From positions 44,700-108,699 of IMG/VR virus record IMGVR_UViG_3300029922_000029: a stretch of DNA of 64,000 nucleotides. The stretch is one strand, 5' to 3'. Positions within the stretch are counted from its first letter, which is position 1. Every line of letters begins with the position of its first letter. The DNA comes from a virus. The notes under the pieces are model-generated. The model did no database searches and was not told the DNA's origin. It saw only the letters and a program-made list of their open reading frames with translations. The translations under genes and the position numbers were made by a program. Positions 9,060 to 18,430 of the stretch are shown piece after piece.

Positions 9060-9295
9060 GGCGGTGGGTCGTAAGGGTCGAAGTGCGGTAAAGTCCAAAC
9101 TAGATTCCTGAACTCACCGCCTGAATTTTACAAAGATTGTCGCGGCGCTGGCTCTGTTTTACCGCGCGGTACCTAAACGGACCTAGGTACCCAGGGCGCG
9201 ACATGATGGCGGTGGGCGTAGAGGCCGGGTTTGATCCCCACCTCTCGTGGCAATATGGTCTGGCGCGGCCAGGCTGATGAAGCCGACCCACCGCC
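9060..9295 (+). ncRNA. Candidate structured non-coding RNA
   Basis: Intergenic; nested complementary segments 9060-71/9284-95 (12 bp perfect), 9113-21/9208-16, 9138-44/9197-203, 9168-75/9184-91. Strand inferred from flanking genes. Confidence 0.45.
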
Positions 9296-9326
9296 TTATT
9301 TTAAGTTTTTCTGGTATAGGTTCAGT

Positions 9327-9830
9327 ATGGCAACTGCAATCAAAATGACATCCGCCGATATCGAGCTCGCCCTCACACATGCCGGTGCGCCGCTTTGCAG
9401 GCGGCGTTGGGTCGTGGTGCCCAATGTGAGTTGGGGATGGGGCCTTCGATATGAGGCCGATCTGATTGCGCTCAGCAAGACCGGCAACGCTACTGAGGTA
9501 GAAATCAAAGTCAGCAAGTACGATCTCCGTGCCGATGCCGCTAAGGATAAGTGGAAAGATGGGATTTCAAAAAAGATCTCTAGGTTTTTCTATGCCGTAC
9601 CTTCTGAACTAGAGCAAGAAGCTCTAGCCGTCATTCCGCCCGACTGCGGGCTCTATGTCGTTACTGAATCTAAGTCAGGTCTCCGGACAGCTAAGATAGT
9701 TAGACCAGCAAAGGAGCGCGCTGGATCCCGAAAGCCAGATGCCGAAGAGATTCTGAAGCTGCACCATCTGGCCTGCATGCGGTATTGGGATCTCAGGAGT
9801 CGGCAGAACACAAATCGAGCTCAATCGTGA
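9327..9830 (+). CDS. MmcB-like PD-(D/E)XK nuclease
   Basis: 'EADLIAL...EVEIKVSKYDLRAD..K..W...FFYAVP...GL' signature. Confidence 0.75.
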   Translation: MATAIKMTSADIELALTHAGAPLCRRRWVVVPNVSWGWGLRYEADLIALSKTGNATEVEIKVSKYDLRADAAKDKWKDGISKKISRFFYAVPSELEQEALAVIPPDCGLYVVTESKSGLRTAKIVRPAKERAGSRKPDAEEILKLHHLACMRYWDLRSRQNTNRAQS

Positions 9831-9845
9831 AAGGTCTAGTTGGAC

Positions 9846-10091
9846 ATGAGTTATACAGAATTGAAAGTACGGTTTCCGGTGGGTCGAAAGGATTATTCTT
9901 GCGAGTGGTGCGCGCAAACCATTCCTAAAGCCGAAAAACATTTTCACCGCACCTATATTTGGGAGAATGAATTCAATGATGGTCGTATGCATTTGGAGTG
10001 CGAAAGGGCTATGCACGAGGTGCCACGTGAGCATCTAGACGAGGGTTGGACTCCAGGTGATTATGCGCGCGGATCAGTTGACAGTATTTGA
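9846..10091 (+). CDS. Small Zn-ribbon protein
   Basis: 'RKDYSCEWC..IPK.E.H...HLEC'. Confidence 0.6.
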   Translation: MSYTELKVRFPVGRKDYSCEWCAQTIPKAEKHFHRTYIWENEFNDGRMHLECERAMHEVPREHLDEGWTPGDYARGSVDSI

Positions 10092-10106
10092 AAAAGAAAG
10101 GACATC

Positions 10107-10514
10107 ATGCCCAAGAAAACCAAAGTAGTAGCGAAGAGCATCAAAGTCTATCCGGCGAACATAAGGAAAGCATTTCAGAAGGAGATGGATCAACAAGCGA
10201 GGTCAGTAGCGCTCCATCAATCCAAGTCCAGATCAAACCGACCAAAGCCCCATCGGTTTGTAGTGATGCTCAACCAAGAACTCCTGGATGCGCAGATTCA
10301 AGAGGTGCTCCGCTTGAAGGAGAAACACGCCCTTCGGGGGAAGAGCCCAGTGGTCAAGGAAGTTTTTGTTGATTCCGATGATCTGTTCTATGGGATTCTC
10401 GGTGCATTGAAAGATATGCCATTTGCGCTTCCGATCAAAGAGCGGGCTGCATTCATAAAACTGAGAGTTGCTAAGGTTTTGGAGGAATCGGGTATTCGGG
10501 TAGGCCTAACATGA
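10107..10514 (+). CDS. Hypothetical basic protein
   Basis: AAGGA SD; co-oriented. Confidence 0.6.
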   Translation: MPKKTKVVAKSIKVYPANIRKAFQKEMDQQARSVALHQSKSRSNRPKPHRFVVMLNQELLDAQIQEVLRLKEKHALRGKSPVVKEVFVDSDDLFYGILGALKDMPFALPIKERAAFIKLRVAKVLEESGIRVGLT

Positions 10515-10735
10515 AATCAAAGCTAACCGTTCGTAGAGAACTCAACCGCCTCGTGAGAAGTGAGAAGAACATCAAGGATCCAGTCGAAGCATCTAAAGCA
10601 TCTATGGTCTTAGCTCTTCGATGGGTGATGGATGATGGCACTCACGGCACTTTGCAGCCCAGCAGAATCATCGAGATGATGGAGCAGGTATCCAAGTTGC
10701 ACACCAACAGAAAAGGAATCACGAATGGGTTTTGA
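10511..10735 (+). CDS. Hypothetical protein
   Basis: Start overlaps upstream stop. Confidence 0.55.
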   Translation: MKSKLTVRRELNRLVRSEKNIKDPVEASKASMVLALRWVMDDGTHGTLQPSRIIEMMEQVSKLHTNRKGITNGF

Positions 10736-10743
10736 CGTGACAC

Positions 10744-11085
10744 ATGACTGACTGGGTGATAACACTCCCCAAGGCTATCGAATGGTCTGATTATGAGAAA
10801 GAGTTCGCAGCAGTCAAGGACTGGAGCCAGGTGATGAATTATCGCCTGGCTCGTTTCCCCAAGGGCTTACAGTCTAACGACCGGTGCTTTGTCTGCTACC
10901 GCGGTAAGATCAGAGGTTGGATGCGGATCGTGAGCTGGAAGCTTCATTGGTATGACATGGTTTGCTCCACCACCGGAGCGCCCTGGCCGAAGGGTTTTTA
11001 TCTTCACCGATCAGGCCCGTTCACTTATGTAGACGGACCCGAAATGCGGGGATTTCAGGGTATAAGGAGACTGAAGCATGAGTAA
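10744..11085 (+). CDS. Hypothetical protein, possibly PUA/ASCH-like
   Basis: Trp-rich; 'DRCFVCYRGKIRG' strand pattern and C-terminal 'RGFQG'. Fold call is weak. Confidence 0.5.
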   Translation: MTDWVITLPKAIEWSDYEKEFAAVKDWSQVMNYRLARFPKGLQSNDRCFVCYRGKIRGWMRIVSWKLHWYDMVCSTTGAPWPKGFYLHRSGPFTYVDGPEMRGFQGIRRLKHE

Positions 11086-11329
11086 GACCTACACAATCAA
11101 GCCTTTCACTCTTGAAGGTTTCCGCGCCGTAATGAAACAAGTGATGGAGGCCGGTCTGCAAGCAGAGCCGACCCTGTGCTTCAGATGTAACCGTCCCTTC
11201 GATGGAAGACTTCCCAGGAATCATGCCCTAGTGAAAGCTTTCTGTGCGCTCTGCCTAGCGGAGCCCGATATCGAGGATTTCCAACGAGCAGTCGCTTATT
11301 TAAACGGAGTTAAAAATGAAGATCGATGA
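11078..11329 (+). CDS. Small CxxC...CxxC protein
   Basis: CFRC / CALC; AAGGAG SD. Confidence 0.6.
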   Translation: MSKTYTIKPFTLEGFRAVMKQVMEAGLQAEPTLCFRCNRPFDGRLPRNHALVKAFCALCLAEPDIEDFQRAVAYLNGVKNEDR

Positions 11330-11663
11330 AGCAGCAAAGACAGGCTTACCTCTCAGAAGAAGCGGCTGGAGTGATTGGTTGACCGAACAAACCTGTGCAG
11401 GAACCATGGGAGGAGACAGTGTTCAGGCCCTCTGTTTTCCTGATCGAGTCAATCCTCATTTGGATTTTGAGGATCTTACGGCAGACGACTGGGAAGTCCA
11501 GCACAAGCCCATGAACCTGATTGAGGCTGTGCAGAGTGGTAAGCCCTTCAAAAGATCAGGCTGGGTAGAATTCATGGACTTCGCGAAGAAGTCTCCTGCT
11601 CAGGCTCAAGGCTTTTACCGCGAAGACCTTCTGGCGACTGACTACATTCTGGAGGACTCGTGA
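11316..11663 (+). CDS. Tandem two-domain DUF2829/Tad2-like protein
   Basis: Internal duplication: 'MKIDEAAKTGLPLRRSGW...EDLTADDWE' and 'MNLIEAVQSGKPFKRSGW...EDLLATDY'. Confidence 0.6.
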   Translation: MKIDEAAKTGLPLRRSGWSDWLTEQTCAGTMGGDSVQALCFPDRVNPHLDFEDLTADDWEVQHKPMNLIEAVQSGKPFKRSGWVEFMDFAKKSPAQAQGFYREDLLATDYILEDS

Positions 11664-12043
11664 TCCAAAGCGAAACCGCACCATTCATCAGAGGCTCAAC
11701 CGAAATCATCGTCACCGGCGGCCGCGACTATAAAGATGCTAAAAGAGTGCAAGAAGTCCTGACCCTCTTCTATCCAAAAACCATCATCCAAGGCGGAGCC
11801 AAGGGTGCCGATCATCTCGCCCGAATGTTTGCGTCCGAGTTCAATCTCAAGTGCGTCAGCTGGCCGGCCGACTGGGACCAGTGGGGCAAGGCAGCGGGCC
11901 CGAGGCGAAACAAGGAGATGATCTTGGCTCATCCGAACGCAATTGTTGTAGCTTTTCCTGGTGGGGCCGGAACGGAGAACTGTGTGGAGTTTGCGATCAG
12001 GCAGAAGAGATTGGTTCTCAGGGTGGAGCCGCAATGGACTTAA
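11660..12043 (+). CDS. DUF2493/YspA-like SLOG-family protein
   Basis: 'IVTGGRDY', 'IIQGGAKGAD', 'ADW...GKAAGPRRNKEM', 'AFPGGAGT'. Confidence 0.85.
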   Translation: MIQSETAPFIRGSTEIIVTGGRDYKDAKRVQEVLTLFYPKTIIQGGAKGADHLARMFASEFNLKCVSWPADWDQWGKAAGPRRNKEMILAHPNAIVVAFPGGAGTENCVEFAIRQKRLVLRVEPQWT

Positions 12044-12252
12044 AACCCCACCCTCTCGACAACACCCTGATTCAGTACATCAACGCCGCAGAGGATGCTG
12101 GGTATGAGTGGGAGATCAGCGGTGGTCGCATGAGCAAGGAATCGTCCGTGGTCTTGCATCACGCTATCGATAGGACGGTATATAGCACGGACTCACAACC
12201 CAACTACGCATTCCACAGCGCCCTCAAGAAAGCAGGAGTTATCCGTGAGTAG
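12034..12252 (+). CDS. Hypothetical protein
   Basis: ATG 12034 after GGAG. Confidence 0.55.
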   Translation: MDLKPHPLDNTLIQYINAAEDAGYEWEISGGRMSKESSVVLHHAIDRTVYSTDSQPNYAFHSALKKAGVIRE

Positions 12253-12343
12253 GGTGGGTTGGATCGAAGCAACCCTTTTGTTGTTGTTTTTGGGTGTCAT
12301 CGCTTATTTCACTATGCAATTGGTCATACAATAGGAGAGCCGA

Positions 12344-12721
12344 ATGAGTCAGGAAACCCTCGTAGAAAAGCACCTTCGCGGCGCCACAACCGAAGAAGAA
12401 GACGAAAGACTCGAGGCCGACCCGAAAGCCTGGAAAGACGAGCTGACCAAGATCATCATCGATTGTGACCGCGAGATGCAGACTGCTAAGGCTAGATCGA
12501 TCGAAGAAAAAACACCGGCCGCGAAGCTCGCCTACGAACAAGTGAAGATCATCTGTATCGCGAAGAAGCAGAAGGCTGTCGAGGTTTCGCGTGAGCTGAA
12601 GGAACAGCTACGGGGGCCGAGTCACACTGAGAGTACGAGCGTCCTGTCACAGAAATCTCAAATGGTTATAGAGTTGCAGGCGATCCGGGCTATCTTGGAA
12701 AGAATGGAGCAACGAGCATGA
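12344..12721 (+). CDS. Hypothetical coiled-coil protein
   Basis: AGGAG SD; helical charged sequence. Confidence 0.65.
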   Translation: MSQETLVEKHLRGATTEEEDERLEADPKAWKDELTKIIIDCDREMQTAKARSIEEKTPAAKLAYEQVKIICIAKKQKAVEVSRELKEQLRGPSHTESTSVLSQKSQMVIELQAIRAILERMEQRA

Positions 12722-14163
12722 GAAAATGGGGACAGAAAAAGTATCGACCAGGAGCGGTATGGCAGGCAAAAGACTACGATACTTCGCCGCAGCCCGTACA
12801 CTTTCAGATTATTGCACCTGGCGAATTTCCGAATGAACGGAAGTGCACCATCATCCACAAGTACTCGCATCACGAAAAGCATAACACGGAGGGTGTCTAC
12901 ACGCTCAGGCATCTGAAGAAGCACTTTGTTTGCATCAAAGAAGGAAAATGATATGAGAGACCTGAAGATCAACCCAAGCAATTTTGAAATCAGCCTCAGG
13001 GAAGAGAACCTCGAAAAGGCCGTCGACCGAACTGAAATCAGTGCTGCTACTGTCTGCATGATTTTTGGCGATCAAAGCGTAGAGCAATGTATAGACGCGA
13101 AAGAGGCCGCAGCCATCGGGAAGTGGTTCTCTGCTTTGGCGCTTCGCCTGAAGCAATTCGATAAACGGGCCAACAAAATCGCACCTCAGCGTGAATCTTC
13201 GGAGTGCTAACCATGAAAATTATAGTCGGTCACATCTGTTTGATGATTTTCCTCATGAACGTATAGTTGCTTCTCCACCCCAGAATGAAGGTAGATTTTG
13301 TTGCTGCGCTTATCTGGGGCGTCTGTCTGGGTATTTTTTCTGGAGCAGCTCATCTGCTGCTTTTTGGGTAAGCCGTGAAAAAACGAATCAAAGTCTTCGT
13401 GGGTAGAAGTAAGGACTCCAACTGGGAGCTCGCTGAAAAGATTGGGATCGATCTCAATACGGCAGCGGTTAGTGAATTCTCTCACCTCGCAACCGAAGTG
13501 GAGCTCATAGTCGATGTAGACACTGTATCAGGCAGACATGAGATCGTAGCCTGTGATGGTAAATTCCTCGGAGACGAATTGGTTAGTTCCGGAGAAGTCG
13601 AGGTATGCGAATGAAACTTTTATTTGCTGCCGTCTTTCTTCTGATGGTGGGGTGCGCTTTTACGGTCATTGGCTACAGACACGTTGTGTCAGGCTTTCCG
13701 AAAATACAGAAGCCCAAATGACCAACGAACAGCAAGTCCAGTACCTCGCGAAAGAGTACGGGTTCAATGAGGTGATGCAAGCGGTCTTGTTGAAGGCATT
13801 GGACCACGCCTTCAACCAGGGTATGATGCACGTCCGCGTGGACCGTCAATACGTGAGCGTGCACGGGACTGATGGATGCCTGAACTGTGAGACCGGCCGT
13901 ATCACGACCTATGCCCATTCGAGGTGGTGTGTGGAGTGTTTACATGAGAAGGAGACGAGAAGATGCAAAAAATAAACCAGCTCAAGATGGCTAAGGCATC
14001 CGCTTCGATCGGATACGCGATCGGAGTCATGGAGGGTTTAGCTGATCTCTGTAGGGGGTTGAATAAGAGACAGAAGGAATGCCTCGACGATGCTTGCGAA
14101 GGGCTACAATCCATTGATCTGTGCGAGATTATGGGAATCACGGGGGAGAGGCCCGATGCATAA
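12718..14163 (+). other. Run of ~7 short co-oriented hypothetical genes (incl. 12718-12951, ~12953-13210, 13375-13614, ~13718-13975, 13963-14163)
   Basis: Overlapping start/stop codons and SD motifs; no recognisable family. Confidence 0.55.
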
Positions 14164-14767
14164 GATCTGGCTGACCTCTGACCAGCACTTTGGACATCGG
14201 AACGTTATCACCTACTGTTCTCGGCCCTTCAAAGATGTGGATCACATGAAAGAAGAGCTCGTGAGTCGGTTCAACGCAAAGGTGAGCCATGATGACATGA
14301 CTTGGCACCTGGGCGACTTCTCCATGCATCCGCGCGAGCTAGATGTGCTGCGAAGACTGAATGGTTGGCATGCCCTAGTTGTTGGAAATCATGATGGCTG
14401 CCATCCGGTTCAGTGTAAGAGCGATGAAAAGCTGAAGCGACTGACGCAAGTCTACCTGGATGCTGGTTTCGCTGAGGTATCTACCGAAGATAAACTAGTG
14501 ATGACGGATCACCCGTTTGAAACCATTAAACTCCATCACATGCCGTACAGTGGTGACCACGGAGAGAAGGAGCGATTCACGCAGTACAGGCCCCAAGATG
14601 ACGGACTCTGGCTACTTCACGGGCACGTCCATACGGAATGGAAAGTTCGTGGTAAGCAGATTAATATCGGTGTTGACCAGTGGGGCTATGCGCCAGTAGC
14701 ACTCGACACGATCAAAGAGATCGTACGTAACAAGGAGAATAAAAATGACGGTCACGCTGACAAATGA
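14156..14767 (+). CDS. Calcineurin-like metallophosphoesterase
   Basis: DxH (SDQH), GD (LGDF), GNHD, HGHVH motifs. Confidence 0.9.
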   Translation: MHKIWLTSDQHFGHRNVITYCSRPFKDVDHMKEELVSRFNAKVSHDDMTWHLGDFSMHPRELDVLRRLNGWHALVVGNHDGCHPVQCKSDEKLKRLTQVYLDAGFAEVSTEDKLVMTDHPFETIKLHHMPYSGDHGEKERFTQYRPQDDGLWLLHGHVHTEWKVRGKQINIGVDQWGYAPVALDTIKEIVRNKENKNDGHADK

Positions 14768-15141
14768 AGGCATGTGGTTTGTTTCTTTTGTAGTTCTGGT
14801 AGGTGCGATAGCCGGGGGGCTCTGCTTCAACCACCTTGTGTCGCAAATCAAAAAATGAAGATCCGAGTCGAAGACGGATTCGGCCGGCCAGTGGGGATGC
14901 TAGAGATTCCGGAGAGCTTCACCGCCCAGGTGTCCGTCCGGATTGAGTGGCATACTAAGATCAAGCACGGCCTGAATGAGCACGGCTACGTGCACAGTAT
15001 CGTTCTACCTCTTGGAGAGGTCATACCCTATGGCTGGCACATCAGGACCGGTTGGAAAGAGCGGGAGCGGCTCAAACGTGCCGGGCTTCTGTTGCCTTAC
15101 GAGGAGATCATACGGTACCGGCTGAACGAGGAGAAAACAAA

Positions 15142-15513
15142 ATGGGTGAAGATTTAGTCAGGCCAAGCGGTGAAGATCGAGTCAGTGTAAGTAATGAAGA
15201 TCGAGTCAGGCCAAGCATGGGTGCTCTAGTTAGTGCAAGCAGTGAAGGTCCAGTCAGTCCAGCCAGTGGCGCTCCAGTCGACCCCAAAGAGAAGTACCTC
15301 CTGATTGTCCGCCGCTGGAAATACTACTGGATGAGTCAAGAAGACAGCTACCCGGAACGCGCTAGGAGGGTGGATGCCAACATGGTCCATGACCTGGCTC
15401 GAAGGCTGGCTGATGAAGAGTTCGGGCCTACCTCAATCACGAAAACAAAGGAGAATGAAAATGGTGAAGATCGATCTGGCAGACCTGAAGAAAATGTCCC
15501 AGGCACTCCTTAA
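15142..15513 (+). CDS. Hypothetical protein with N-terminal degenerate 8-aa repeats
   Basis: GAGGAG SD; GEDLVRPS/GEDRVSVS/NEDRVRPS/... Confidence 0.6.
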   Translation: MGEDLVRPSGEDRVSVSNEDRVRPSMGALVSASSEGPVSPASGAPVDPKEKYLLIVRRWKYYWMSQEDSYPERARRVDANMVHDLARRLADEEFGPTSITKTKENENGEDRSGRPEENVPGTP

Positions 15514-15700
15514 GGATCCGACCAATAACAAGGCCCACACTGAGTTCCGGATTCAGTTCAATCCGATTTTAGTGGCTCACTTGCTCGACGACCTCGAGTA
15601 TGCACTTAAGCTGTTGAAAGAGGGGAAGACCAAATTCGCGCCCCACACAACAAACAGTAATGTGGATGATTTCCTGAAGAAGTATGAGGTGAAAGGGTGA
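15461..15700 (+). CDS. Ead/Ea22-like small protein
   Basis: 'NPILVAHLLDDLE' motif. Confidence 0.45.
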   Translation: MVKIDLADLKKMSQALLKDPTNNKAHTEFRIQFNPILVAHLLDDLEYALKLLKEGKTKFAPHTTNSNVDDFLKKYEVKG

Positions 15701-15911
15701 AAAAATTCGAGAAAGGTACCCGCGTCCGGTTTCATGGGTTTGCCTGGAATTCAGCATCCATGACAGCTGCTCTTTGTAAGGATGTCTGCCGCCTAGTTGA
15801 GGAGGACTTCGATTGGCCTGTGCCTATCATGTGGAAAGTGAAAAATGAAATCTCTGGGCGAACCCATATCGTCCATCCTTTTCAATGTAGGAAGATGAAG
15901 AAGCAGGACAT

Positions 15912-16226
15912 ATGAGAGTTAAAAACTACAGTAAAGAAACAGTGACGACCGAAGACCTTAAACGCCATAACGAAAAGTATTCGGACTCAAGTGAAGAATC
16001 ACGTACTCCTGAAGCCATCCTCGCTGACTTTCAAGATGAAGACTCTGCAATCAGTATGATGGAACTTCACTATCTGGCATGCTGGCTCATGACTGAACGT
16101 GAGCAGTTTAAAAAAGCACTCGAGGAGATTGACAGTTTCGATGCCGATCCATTTCTTCATAACCATGCCAACCCGGCAATGTGTGCGATCTGTGTCGCTA
16201 AGCGAGCCCTCGGAAAAGAGGAGTGA
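15912..16226 (+). CDS. Hypothetical protein
   Basis: Co-oriented, ATGA overlap. Confidence 0.55.
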   Translation: MRVKNYSKETVTTEDLKRHNEKYSDSSEESRTPEAILADFQDEDSAISMMELHYLACWLMTEREQFKKALEEIDSFDADPFLHNHANPAMCAICVAKRALGKEE

Positions 16227-16227
16227 G

Positions 16228-16710
16228 ATGAGCGCAATTCTAAGCCCTGACCTTAAGTACCGCTATGTCCTGACTCGCCAAATCCCACAAGCGGTGAGGT
16301 GGGTGAAGCCCTGTCTGTTTGTAATGTTAAATCCATCGAAAGCAACAGCCGAGCTCGACGACCCCACAATCCGGAGATGCCTTGGCTTTGCGAAACGTGA
16401 AGTCTGTACCTCGCTGACAGTCGTCAATCTTTTCGCTCTCCGGTCCACCGACCCAAAAGCGCTTCTGAAAGCAGAAGATCCAGTGGGGATAGAGAACGAC
16501 CACCATATCCAAGAGCAGGTACTTAAGCACTCCACGGGCTGGATCATTGCGGCATGGGGCGCTCATCCGATGGCAATCAAACGAGCCCAGCATGTCATTC
16601 CGATGCTGGGTGATGTTCACTGTTTGGGTACCACCAAAAACGGAAGTCCGCGGCATCCGCTCTATGTGAGGTCGGATCAACCGTTCGTTAAATATAAAGG
16701 AGCCGTATGA
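16228..16710 (+). CDS. DUF1643 family protein
   Basis: 'YRYVLTR', 'FVMLNPSKA..DDPTIRRC', 'VNLFA.RSTDP', 'AAWG', 'PRHPLY'. Confidence 0.9.
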   Translation: MSAILSPDLKYRYVLTRQIPQAVRWVKPCLFVMLNPSKATAELDDPTIRRCLGFAKREVCTSLTVVNLFALRSTDPKALLKAEDPVGIENDHHIQEQVLKHSTGWIIAAWGAHPMAIKRAQHVIPMLGDVHCLGTTKNGSPRHPLYVRSDQPFVKYKGAV

Positions 16711-17136
16711 CCCCAGCAGAAACAAAAGCCTACAACAAAGGCTTAGAAGCCGCAGCCAAGCTGGCGGGTTACCAAGTCTTTGAGGTGCGGGATGAAAAGA
16801 ACCGACTGCACACATGGCAAGTCGGAGAGGCTATCGCGAAGCTGATCCGAGCCAAGAAAAAGAAAGTCAAATGACTCTCTACCAACTGTGGGAGCAAATT
16901 GGAACTATCGGGCTAAGGGACTCTGATCCCGGCTGCTTCAAGTTCTACCAGCTTCAGGAGCGTAGAGCCTACGCCGGCGACCACCAGCCTGTGCTAGATT
17001 TGATCAAGTACCTACTGAAGGAGCGTGACCATTACAGGGACTTATTCCTGGATAAAAAACTCAGCGAGCCGTTGCCACCGATAGTTTTGTGTAAGTGTTG
17101 CGCTCCAGCCGTGCAACTAGAAGGACCAAAAACAAA

Positions 17137-17502
17137 ATGACAAAAGACGAAAGAAAAGTCCTCCGTGATCTAGCTAATCAATCTACCTTGGTGAATGCCT
17201 GGTATCCCCATCACGGCGGAAAAGATAGTACGGCCGAAGCAACAGTCCGCGGTCCGTTCAATCGTTGGTTCAAGTGCACAAACATTGAGCTTAAGTACAG
17301 CCATCATGTCGCTGAAGACTACGACGACTGCCGGTTCGCCGCGGCCGCGATGAATAATCTGGTCCCATTACTGGATGAAGTGGACCGACTGGAGGCCGAG
17401 ACCAAGAAGCTGCGAGCCCTTGTCAACAAAAACGCTGAAGCCTGCGAAGGGCTGAGCCAGGAAATCGACAGACTTTGCCGCGCGCAGAACAATTCCAGAT
17501 AA
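17137..17502 (+). CDS. Ead/Ea22-like protein
   Basis: 'D.RFAAAAMNNLVPLLDEVDRLE' followed by coiled coil. Confidence 0.55.
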   Translation: MTKDERKVLRDLANQSTLVNAWYPHHGGKDSTAEATVRGPFNRWFKCTNIELKYSHHVAEDYDDCRFAAAAMNNLVPLLDEVDRLEAETKKLRALVNKNAEACEGLSQEIDRLCRAQNNSR

Positions 17503-17531
17503 CCCAGCAGTACAACCCCAGGAGAATCAAA

Positions 17532-17968
17532 ATGAGTGTCCAAGCCCATGTCCAAACTGTGATCAACAAGATTAACGAAAAGGCTGAGCGCAATACCGAG
17601 CAAACGGTAGAAAACCTCGTGAATAAAATCATCTCGACCAAAGCCGACATTGCGCAGAGCCAAAAGAACCTCGTGGAGTACACCAAGCAACTCAAAGAGC
17701 TTGAGATGCCTACGCCTGTCACGTTGGACCTCGAATAATGGAGGTCTCACTCGTACTCAAAAATTGGGGCATCAAGCAAGATGCTGAGACAAAGCTTCCC
17801 AAGCTGGTCGGCTCTTTCGGAGTCATGGCTGGCGAGAAAGAAATTAGTTCCCAGGAATTCAATGAGGGTTACACACATAAGAAAGTCACCTTCAGCCCAG
17901 GACTCACTACGAAGATCCAGACTCTTGAAGCAGAGATCCAGGCGGAATTGACCCAGCTGTTGTCGTGA
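17532..17968 (+). other. Two small hypothetical genes (17532-17738 coiled coil; 17738-17968)
   Basis: AGGAG SD; TAATG coupling. Confidence 0.6.
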
Positions 17969-17986
17969 GGTAGGATCATCCTCTGT

Positions 17987-18061
17987 TCCGGGGTGCACCA
18001 CAAGTAGGTGAGCACACTGTTAATGTGCCGTATGCTGGAGCGTTACCAGCCCCCGGAGCCA
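17987..18061 (+). tRNA. tRNA-Asn(GTT), non-canonical D and T loops
   Basis: Cloverleaf TCCGGGG/CCCCGGA, D-stem CACC/GGTG, anticodon stem GCACA-CTGTTAA-TGTGC, T-stem GCTGG/CCAGC, discriminator G, encoded CCA. Confidence 0.9.
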
Positions 18062-18067
18062 TAAATC

Positions 18068-18104
18068 AAACGCTGACTTCTCTTCGGAGGGTCAGCGTTT
18101 TTTT
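18068..18104. terminator. Bidirectional intrinsic terminator
   Basis: AAACGCTGACTTCTC-TTCG-GAGGGTCAGCGTTT plus T run between convergent blocks. Confidence 0.8.
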
Positions 18105-18430
18105 ACTTTACCCATCAGAAGCGGCCGCAAAACCGCCCTGAACATCTGAGCCGCGATGTGCTCGACGATGAGCTCCTCGAGGTCCTCGTGGAGCGATGTG
18201 TTCTCGACTCCGAGTTCGTCAAGCACGGCATGCCCGAACTCGTGCAGAAACGTTTCCCAGCGGTGAGCGCTGTCCTGAGTCTGGTCAATCTTGATGGTTC
18301 GGGTTTCTGGATTCGTCGTACCCACGACGCCATCCTTGAGGTCAGCCGTCAGCTTCACCTTCCAGTGGTGACCCAGGATCCGCACGTACCGCGGGATATC
18401 GGGAAGGTCAGCCACGGTAGAGCTCGCCAT
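18092..18430 (-). CDS. ImmA/IrrE-like HExxH metallopeptidase-domain protein
   Basis: 'G......IKID...ETFLHEFGHA...EE'. Confidence 0.7.
   Translation of the reverse strand: MASSTVADLPDIPRYVRILGHHWKVKLTADLKDGVVGTTNPETRTIKIDQTQDSAHRWETFLHEFGHAVLDELGVENTSLHEDLEELIVEHIAAQMFRAVLRPLLMGKVKKR

Noticed and set aside
9272-9285. CTGATGA as a hammerhead ribozyme core
   Set aside because: No appropriately placed GAAA or three-stem junction; the motif lies within a small hairpin.
9231-9326. TTG start for the MmcB-like gene
   Set aside because: Runs through the structured element; ATG 9327 follows the promoter motif.
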